A stretch of DNA of 63,132 bases, the filler included, from Bigelowiella natans CCMP2755 (lineage: Eukaryota > Protista > Cercozoa), in the NCBI GenBank assembly GCA_000320545.1. It is 3 parts of 3 records of this genome, joined end to end, with 100 filler letters (N's around TTAATTAATTAA, not from the genome) between each part and the next. Parts side by side here need not be neighbours in the genome. Positions count along the whole stretch, not along the records: positions 50,836 to 63,132 come from ADNK01001411.1; 2 more parts are not named here. One strand, 5' to 3'. The stretch's first letter is position 1. Each line of letters begins with the position of its first letter. Made by a program: the position numbers and the translations under genes. Positions 54,121 to 63,132 of the stretch are shown one piece after another. The notes below the pieces were generated by a model. That model was not told the DNA's origin. It did not search any database and saw nothing but the letters and a program-made list of their open reading frames with translations.

Positions 54121-55558
54121 ATGTCCACCATGACAAACAACGTCCTCGTCCTCCTGGGCCTTCTCGCGGCACCAGTGCTGAGCAAGGAGCCGGCATTGGA
54201 GGCGTTGGAAGGATCTTCAAAGCAATGCATTGGAGGGAAAATCCACAGCCTATCCTACAGCACTGTTGGCGTGAGTTCAGACAAGTTCATCGACTTGGAT
54301 ACAGGAGATCTGGCCAGTAAGCTGAGAAGTGTCACGTGCGACATCGACCACACCAGGCTCAGCCTCAAGTTTCACAACAGCGTTGAAGCCACGGAATACG
54401 TCCTCAAATTTCATGGTGAGAGCAGCTCTCCTTGTAGTTTATGAGAGAGACCATCTGACAGTTACGTCTGTTTGTTTTTGATAAGACTGGAACAACCATT
54501 TCATCACTGGAGGAGAAAGATGGGGCTGCAAGTCGATGGTGAACCGTACAGCTTTTGTACTTCGTCGCGTTGTAGGGGCTTCTCAGAGTGCACATCTCGG
54601 CGACACGCTTTTCATTTCCACCGCAATGGCCCGCTACGATGAGGTCTTTGAAACCGCCAACATCGCTTACAGCACGGCAGGTACTTGCGACCCCTCCGAG
54701 GATAGATGGCAAAATGGACCGGTATCCGTCGACAAAAAGGTGTGTCTAGGCTACAACACTGACTGTGACGGTACAGCCAAGAAAGAGATTCCTCTGTACA
54801 CCGACGCAGCAGGAAAGGTTAGCGTATCTTGCTCAAATTGCTGGGCGGCTCTGAACACTGACGTCTTTGTCGAATTGACGATCGGGGCCTTCAAGGTGAA
54901 TAAGGTGTCTGGTGGTTTCAGGAACGCAATGTTGAACACTTCCATGGTGTTTGACACCACTGCAGAAAAGAGTTGGAACGTTGGGGTTGACAAGACCCTC
55001 TCCCTCGTCGCAACAACATACCTTGTCAACTTTAAAGTCGGCCCGGTACCGTTCATGCTATACTTCGACATTCCTCTGGAGGCTTCCGCGTCATGGCAAT
55101 TCAACACAAATGCCGACCTGACAGTGGGAACGCTCGCCGGTGTGGACCTTGGAGATGCATATGTGAGCTGGGATCCCACCAACCACTGGACACATACCAC
55201 GCCATCTCCCAAATTCGATATGAAGCCAAAGATTTCTACGAAGCTGAATGCCGATGTGGATATGGTGGGAAACATCGGTCTCAACCCGACATTCAACATG
55301 CACTTCGACCGCGTCTTTTCTTACTCACTCAAGGCCAGCTCCTCTGCCAGGGCGGAGGTCCAAGGCAGCACCGAGTCGAAGCAGATGTGCCTAACATCGA
55401 ACTACAACCTCGATGTCGTCGCCAATTCGGAGGTTGATATCAATATCAACCTCATCAACTTCCACAAAGATTGGACCTGGGGCCCAACAGATGTGTACAG
55501 CAAGAGTGGCGTTGTCGTTCCTCAGAAATGTGTCGCTCTCCCAGCAGATATGGCATAA
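54121..55558 (+). CDS. Secreted, Cys-containing, beta-strand-rich protein of unknown function (one intron, 54416-54485)
   Basis: Signal-peptide-like NNVLVLLGLLAAPVLS; in-frame splice LKFH|DWNNHFITGGERWGC; long amphipathic beta strands and a CSNC motif. Confidence 0.75.
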
Positions 55559-55669
55559 TAATAAAGCCTTGTGGATACAAAATAAAATCGTATTGCGAGA
55601 GCTCTTGCCTGCTCAAAGTATTTGATTCTTATATCACGTAGTATCCGATGATGTGTAAATTCATAACTC

Positions 55670-56350
55670 CGCACTACTACATCTAGACATCTAGACTATT
55701 GTCATATCCTAGCTAGCTTATTAGCCATTATTGCCAGCAAACATGCATGCACATGCAGACTGCTGCAAATGATCGATCATCGATCGTCACATCATCGCCC
55801 GTATTAGCGTGTATGCATGAGCTAGCAGCACACTTAAGTTCCAGATGCATGTTGCCCCGAGTAGCATAGAACTTTCTACATCTCAAGCTCAAATGCAAAC
55901 GCCTTGATCAGTGCGTGCACCTGATCACCTGGTCGTCTCTGTTCTTCTTTCCTGTCTCTGTGCTCCTTTTGAACCCCTCTAGCCCTTTTCTGGCTTCCAG
56001 CTGGCACACTAGGCTCTCTGCTTCATGCCTTACTCTCAAGTCCTCGCTTCATCACGCACTTTTTTAGGGTTCCTTCCACTTTCCGTCTTCACGTTGGCGG
56101 CGCAGCTAGCTAGCTAGCACAGCGTGCAGAGTGTTAATAGCAATTTGTTATCAATGTTTCATTCAGCAAGACGTTCGCACTGAAACCGTAGTCGTCCTCT
56201 CACAGCAGCATCATGCGTGACGCTGAGTGCAGACACGTCGTCCATAGATGGACGTACTATAGTACACGGCAAGAGTCCTATTAGGCCCTTGTCACGCATG
56301 TCTAGATGGCACATCGCAGATGCTATCGATCGTAGCCATGCATGGTGACT
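55670..56350. other. CTAG/CATG-rich, partly TpA-depleted intergenic island between convergent genes
   Basis: In 55881-56120 the TpA sites are 5 CTAG, 1 TTAG and 1 TTAC; catgcatgc and gctagctagctagc words are present. Confidence 0.75.
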
Positions 56351-56471
56351 GAAGCATCAAGAATGAGCCAATAATAACGATTACAATTATACAATGACTA
56401 ATCATCACCACTACTACTACTTCTTCATTAGGATCGGTGCCAGATGAGGCGCATGATGATTTTTAAATCGC

Positions 56472-58696
56472 CTAGCTCGTGCTCGTTATCAGCTCCTTTA
56501 ACTTCACCCTGACATGAAAGTCGGAATCGAATTGACGATGCTTTGTATCCTGTGAATAAACAGCCCAAAAAATCAGCAAACCGTACCGCATGAATTAAAG
56601 GAATACAGTTGAAAAACCAAACCAGAACCAAGAAATCGATGTTACATTAAATTCTTTCAAAAAATGATACGAATAAAGCCTTTTCTCGAGGCGGACATGA
56701 TGATCCAACCATCATAGCTTCTTCTTCGAAGAAACAACGACCCACCACGGCGGCCGCTACTATCACACTCACTTCCTCACTCCCTCAGTGAACAACCTTG
56801 CAAGCTAGATCGATGTCCTTCTTGGAGAGTTGGAGAACGACAAAGCCGTCCTTGCCTGCCTCGGGTAGGAATCGAGTGTTAAAGCAGAAGGAGTACAGCC
56901 TAGACTTGAACATACCCTTGGAGAACACGTCCACGCGCACATCGTGGTCGACATTTTGCGAGAAGAGCGTTATGCACAGAAAGTCCTCACAGCGCTCGCA
57001 CGTGGACCTGCACTCTCTGCTATCGAGTTCCCTGGGAGTCGTCGCCGCCCCGCCTTTCTGCCTGCTGTCATCCAGCAGCGTCAGGGTGAAGAACACCTCT
57101 CGGTCGGTGACCCCGTGCGGCACGGGGGACATGAAGAGAGAGTGGAATTTGAGCGGCCTGCTGTCCGGAATGGAGTCGGCGTCCGAGAGGTATCGCTCGT
57201 AGTAGCAGACGTACAAGCGCTGGCTAGGAGTCGTCACCCCCGACATGTTTTTGGACCTCTGCGCGGCGAAGTAGCGCATGGCACGGTTCGCGGTGAACCA
57301 CTTGTTCAGCTGGCAGATGAGGCAGGACACAATCATGCCTGTGCGGCCTCTGCCATTCTTCCCGTGGATGGCCAGCACGTTCTTCTCGTCTTTGTCGAGC
57401 CAGGAGACCATGCTGTCGCAGAGAGGCTTGATCCTGCGGAAGGGGCAGACGTCCTTCTCCTTGATGGGGTGGTTGCACACGCTGCCATGGAACTTGGTGT
57501 CCCTATAGCGCTTACCCGAGAGGTTGTAGATGCAGTAGCGGTGCTTGAACTTCTTGTTGAAGAACATGCAGTAGTCGGCAATGGGGTTCGTGTAGTCCGT
57601 AGGATACCCCATCGCTATGATGCGGGGGGTGATGAAGCTGAGGTCGAGGTTAAACACACTGGAGACGTACCGCCGCGTCTCGCTGCCGCCGCCCCCCCCC
57701 AGCTTGGAGAAGCTCTTGAGCGACCACATGGTAGTCCTGCTCAAGGCGCCAGCGGCCGAGGTGATGCTAGTCGTACCGTCGTGAATCGCTATTGGAAGAT
57801 CATCCGAGGATAAACGCACATCTCGCACCAGATGCCTCGGAACCAACCCACACCGCGTGGGCGCGCCTACGACGTAGCCGAAGTAGTACACTTCGGACTG
57901 GAAGTCCTCGATGCTGTTTTCGGTGAATTTCTTGAACTGCGGGGTTTTCATGAGGCGCACCAGCGTGTCGCCGCGCACCAGCTTCGTCACCTCCTTCAAC
58001 GCCTCGTGGAAGATCTCTCTCTTGATGTGTGTATCGTCCAGCGCAGCGAGAATTCTCTTCTTCATCACGTGGGGAATGTTCACTTCGCTCGAGGAATCGG
58101 CAGCCTGGCAAGGAGGTTGTAACGGAGGGAGGGGGGGGGGGGGAGACGTTATAGCAATGATAATATAGAAGGCGAGTGATAATGATGACGATGGTTATGA
58201 TGACAGAAACACGGTGAAATAAGAAGCATGCTAGCGCAAAGGATGAGATCCTTAATCTGATAACAATAATCCCTTAACTACTATAGTCATCATCATCATC
58301 ATCGTCATCATCATCATCATTATCACCATTATCACAACACTACTATTTGATGATGGTTATGCTCCTGCTGCTACTCACGATGTAGGTCTCGTAGAGATGG
58401 TAGGCCCTGCCGGACATCTGCATATTGCTCTTCATCGACATCTCCCCGCTGCCACCACCACTCTCTTCAACACAGCGGTCGTAAGCCTTCTCGTAGCGCT
58501 CCGCCGCAAGGATGAAGTCCAGGTTCTCCGTGCTCATTTCCTGCTTCATGAACTTCTTGAGGAGCTGCATCCCCTTCTCAGAGCCCCGCAGTAGCTCGAA
58601 CGCCTCGGAGGGCAGCATCTTCGCGTACCTGCATAATTGTTAAGGGAGGAGGAGGAGGAGGAGGAGGAGTGTATAGAATGTGGTAGTGTACGCTTT

Positions 58697-58728
<32 letters not shown>

Positions 58729-60994
58729 GTTCTCATCACAACTGCGCTCTGCCTCACTGAAGAAACTATTGCAGCAGCATGTTTGTCGGCTCGGCCCCCT
58801 TTGCATTTTGCCTCTCATTCTATGGGGAGATGTGTATCTAGAGTAGCGCTTGCTACGACGACGACTGCTGCTGCTGCTACCTTGGCGTGCGGGGTATTGA
58901 GGGGGGAGGCGCTGCTATTTTCTCGTTTGAATTATCCAACGGTACATGGTGTATACCCAGCTTCGGAACAACTAAGGTAAGAAGTCCATCGCCATCAGCG
59001 TTGTGCCTCTCGTTGTGCTTCTTCTTCTTGATCTTTTTTGCCTCGCCGTCACCTTCGTCATCATCATCATCATCAGCATCATCATCAGCAGCAGCAGCAT
59101 GAACATCATCGTCGAGTACTCGGTCTTTCATGCTACTACTATTGTTGCCACCATCGCTCGGTGATAACATCTTTATCTTGACAGAAGGCGGAACGCTGTA
59201 TGCCCTGTCCGCCCTGCAGCTGTTCAATCGTTCCGCGGATGATGACCCACAGCTGCTGCTCGGCGAAGAAGAGCAACCAGACTCCGCTGCTGCTGCTGCT
59301 GCTGCTGATGGTGATGCTGCTGGGACTCGAAAGGTGAATTTCGTTGTCTTTTTGCGTTTTGCATCGATTGGCAAAGAAGCACCACGTGCAGCTGCTGCAG
59401 AACCCTTACGATTGCTAAGTCCAAGGCGAAAACGACGAGGGCTGCCGGTGGTAGTAGTAGTACTTCTCTTCTCTTCTCCCACTCCTCCCCCTCCCGGTTG
59501 ACTGTCCTTCTCATCGAAGCTTAAAGGAGTCCTCGGGCTGCTCAGTTTGGAGTGCTTGGATGCTGATTCTGCTCTCCAGCTTCGTATACCAGGGCTTGCT
59601 AGCCCCCCCGCCGCTCCCCCTTCCGTTAGGCGCCTACTAGGGTCCCTCAGATCTTTGATCCTGACTGTGTTGCTCATCCGGCGCATACGCCTCACTTGCG
59701 TGAGCGTGTTCTTTCTATTGGCTTGGTGCGGGGACAAGAGGTTCTTGCTGGTGGTGGTGGTAGTGGTGGTGGTGGTGGTGGAGGTCTCGTTGTGCGGTGA
59801 TTCGCAGGGGGGGGGCTGCTTTATCTGGTGTAGCCTGAACAGCACCTTGAGGTTCTCCCTCTTTGCGTCCTGCACACGGACGACGATGATCTCTCCCTTT
59901 TTGAACTCCAGAAAGTCCTTGGCGGAGGGTGTGTAGTCTACCATTGCACGGACCCACAACACCGCATCCTCCTCCATGGCGTCGAGAAGCTCATCGTCCG
60001 ACTCAAACTCGTCATCGTCGTAGTGCACGCGCTTGATGTTGTCGAATTGCCTTCGCGAATTGGTTTTGTGGATATCACCACCCATCTCCAGGCCTGTCCT
60101 CGTATTACTGGCTGTCTTGTTTATTCCGCCCCCCCCCCCCTCACCAATATCATCATCGGGGGACGGACCGTAGACTCGGTGCCATCGTCGGAGAAGACCG
60201 CGAATCTCCGCGACAGGGTTGCACTTATTCTCAAGATATTCGTGGCTAGAGTCAACCACCCTACGACTACTCTCCAGTTGTTTCATCAATGCCTCGCTGT
60301 AGTCCTTCACCCCATCTCTCACGACGTTGAGCCTTTCATATTCCAGCACCCCAAGATCATGAGCGTACTGTCTACGTGCTGCGAACGACGACCTCTTTTC
60401 CTGAACTTTTTGCTCGCCTAAGACCTTGAGCTCCTTCTTAGCGTCCTCCAGCTTTCGCTGCGCGTCGTGGAGCTGCCTCCCTAGCTTCTCGATCCGCGTC
60501 CATCGGCTCGAAGCTGCCTCGGCCTGCTTGTGCCGCATTGTCAGATGGTCTAGCTCCTTGCCTACGTCCTCGCACTTTTTTTGTTGCGAATCGATCAGCA
60601 GTTGTATGGAGTCCACAGCGTCGATGTGCTTATCCATCTCGCGCTTCACGGCGGTGGTGTACCGACGGGTGTTGTCGCAAAACCTTTGGAAGGGTGCGAG
60701 TACGCGCTGCTCCAGAGATGAGGCCATGATCTTGGACGACCGACCCCAAGATGCCTGCATGTCAAACATACACCATATCGCCTCCAGGTTGCGCTTGCTG
60801 CTGTGCCCGTCTTGGGAAATGGCGGCGCAGCTTTGTCTCTCTTCTTGTACCTAGATATTATTTCGGCAAAGTCAGAAAGAAGAGGAAGAAGAAGAAAAAG
60901 AAGAAGAAGAAGGGGGCCGAGGGTGGAGAGATCGATCTCCAAATTCGCCGTCTTCTCTTCCTTTCCTACCAAACAAAAACACGCTAACTCCATA

Positions 60995-61027
<33 letters not shown>

Positions 61028-61884
61028 ACGTACGTACTATCGTCACTCACCGCGGCCAAAATCTTTTTGCTAGCTTCCATCTGGGCAGCAGCGACTGATT
61101 TACTGAGCCTTAAGAGTGATTCTACCACTGCGCGTCCTGTTTGCAGCCGATTTAAGACCACATGGGGTTGACCCCCCATGTCACGGATGTCGAAAATCTT
61201 CTTCCGCATGCTTTTTGCCCTCTCCCCCCCCCCCTCCCCCTCCTCTCTAGCATCATCCGTGGTGTGGAAATCCCCTGCGATGTCAATCTGTAAGTGGGGA
61301 TTAGACGGATTCTTGGGGGACTTTTCCCCAATCTGCACTTGCTGATCCATCTTCAGGGTATATATGCTATCCTGTATGGCGCTGGCCCATGTGTTCCTCA
61401 TTTTGTCGCTCTCGGTGCTGAATATGAGGTCCTTTACGCTGTACTTTCCGGTGGAGAACACGATTTGGAATGCTGGGTTCCCCTTGAAGCTGGTGCTCAC
61501 AACTTTGCAGGATGCCATCAAAGTCACGCTTTGATCCTGCTTGGACTCTTTGTCCTTGTTTGCCCGCCATTCGAGTATGTTACCAGCGAGAATCACATAC
61601 CTCTGATGGAGACCCCGGCTGCAAAGAGAGGGGCGGGGTTGGGGGGGGGGGGGGGGATGAGGCAACAATTGTCTATCGGTGATGTGTGGTAGAACACCTT
61701 GTTTTTTTGAAGAGAAATCCTTCCATGGAGCTATTATCGTCTTCTGTACATAATGAGGTCCAGATCGATGTGCCAGTTCTTCCAATAAATGACAATGGAC
61801 TACCCTCGAAACAATGGAGCTCTGCCAAGTCTCATCTGTACATTTACAAGGACCCGCGTACGTCAATCGAGATGAAGCGGTCAT
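56472..61884 (-). CDS. PH - F-BAR - SH3-like - RGS - PTEN-like (pseudo)phosphatase - PTEN C2 multidomain protein; start approximate
   Basis: PH: MEGFLFKK...QRYVILAGNILEW...WASAIQ. F-BAR-like coiled coil: SSLEQRVLAPF...LEYERL. SH3-like: VRAMVDYTPSAKDFLEFKKGEII. RGS: FMKQEMSTENLDF...EVNIP...IFHEALKEV. PTEN: LDLSFITPRIIAMGYP, YNLS, IHGKNGRGRTG, GVTTPSQRLYV. C2: FCFNTRF, IDLACK|DTKHRQF. In-frame GT-AG joins link the blocks. Confidence 0.85.
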
Positions 61885-62231
61885 ATTTTGTTGTTGGAGG
61901 CTCTATGTAGCAACACAACCTTTCCTGGACGGGCCAGGCCTATCCCCTCTCCTCTATCCTATCACGCTGATCAAAACCCTCCCTCGTTGCCAGAGCGGGG
62001 TGCGGGCATTGGGAAGCAATTGTACACGATTCCTGATGTCGCAGGGTAAAAACACTGTATATTAAACGAAAAATGAAAAATCAGCGATGTGATTTGTCGT
62101 ATCGGAAAAACGACCTACAATTGCAAGCAAATCCTGAGAAAAGCACGCGTTCTACGGGGGATCGGAGAGAAGTTGAACGGAGAAAGGGGGACGGAGAGAG
62201 GACAGAAGACAATTTGCAGCATCACCACCAA

Positions 62232-62930
62232 ATGGGTGGGGGGAAAAGGGACAAGAAAGCCAAAACACCCTTTGCCAAAAAGAAGAGGCTTAGGCAGCTC
62301 AAAGCTAACCAGGTGATTGATCGGCTGCTCGTGCTGGGGTAGGGGGGGGTTCAAACGCACGTAATATACAAAAAAATACCGAATTTTGAGCGATTCTCCC
62401 ATTCGAACCATAGGCTCGTCGCGATGAAAGGGAAATTACGGAGCTTGTTAAGAGGGTCCAGGATGAGGCACCGCCAAAAGGCCAAAATCCGCTGGTAAAC
62501 TCAGTCCAAGTGGCCATTTATACGAATGCCAACGAACAACACACACACACACACACACACACATACGCACTATGGAATGTGGAACTACCATTCTAACTTA
62601 TAAACGACTGTCATATTTTCGAAAATTATACAGCAAGACGATGATCCAAACGCCAAGAAGATGATAACGAAGGAAGGCGTGGTTTTCACTGCGTCTCGTA
62701 AGTTTGAAGAGCTAGCGATATCATGGAGAACCAAACAAGGGCTACAGGTGATTCTCACGACGATGATAACGACGATGATAATGACAATGACGATGAAGAT
62801 GGCGAAGACTATTCCGTAGTGATAAGATGATGATGGGAATGACGGTGGTGATATATGCAACAAACTGTCCTGCTACCTGTCTGTGAAATTACTAAGTTAG
62901 TTTTCACCAAATGTGTGCGCGCGCGCGCGC

Positions 62931-62961
<31 letters not shown>

Positions 62962-63132
62962 TGTGTGTGTGTCATCGTTCCTTGTGCTAATTATTGTTTT
63001 TGCGTCCACGATCCCTTTCCTATTTCCTCAAGGCCAATGCTTGGAAGCATCTAACCGATATACAACGGGCAGCAATACCGCATGCACTTGCAGGTATGTA
63101 TTAGAAAATACATACAAATATTTATATTAATT
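62232..63132 (+). CDS. DDX10: DEAD-box RNA helicase DBP4/DDX10, 5' end (continues past the window)
   Basis: MGGGKRDKK...|ARRDEREITELVKRVQDEAPPKGQNPL|...RKFEELAISWRTKQGLQ|ANAWKHLTDIQRAAIPHALAG, a Q-motif of the DBP4 type. Confidence 0.8.

Noticed and set aside
62305-62517. Minus-strand ORF as the N-terminus of the PTEN-like gene
   Set aside because: It is the antisense of a DDX10 exon.

Overview
Intron-rich eukaryotic (protist) nuclear DNA. The gene content and intron style suggest a flagellated alga or rhizarian such as a chlorarachniophyte, but this is inference only. Three sequence blocks are joined by 100-nt N/TTAATTAATTAA spacers (30779-30878, 50736-50835). Genes recovered by hand-splicing: 3' part of a probable SET-domain protein, an RSPH14-like armadillo protein, a BED-like zinc-finger protein, a WWE-C2-RhoGAP protein, mitochondrial NAD(P) transhydrogenase (NNT), a multipass membrane protein, a SAM-domain gene cut off next to an LTR retrotransposon, an unknown gene, ARMC2, a PlsC/LPAAT acyltransferase, a START-domain last exon, the 5' half of FNTB, a secreted beta-rich protein, a PH-F-BAR-SH3-RGS-pseudoPTEN-C2 protein and the 5' end of DDX10/DBP4. 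The strongest unexplained signal is in the intergenic islands. TpA is nearly erased there (TA to TG/CA) while CpG is kept and CTAG is spared. The two arms of an inverted repeat differ mostly at TA/TG/CA positions. This looks like a RIP-like but adenine-directed (A:T to G:C) hypermutation process. The neighbouring Gypsy-like integrase carries a degenerate N6-adenine methyltransferase-like C-terminal domain and its ORF is not TpA-depleted. All homology calls come from remembered motifs; no searches were run.
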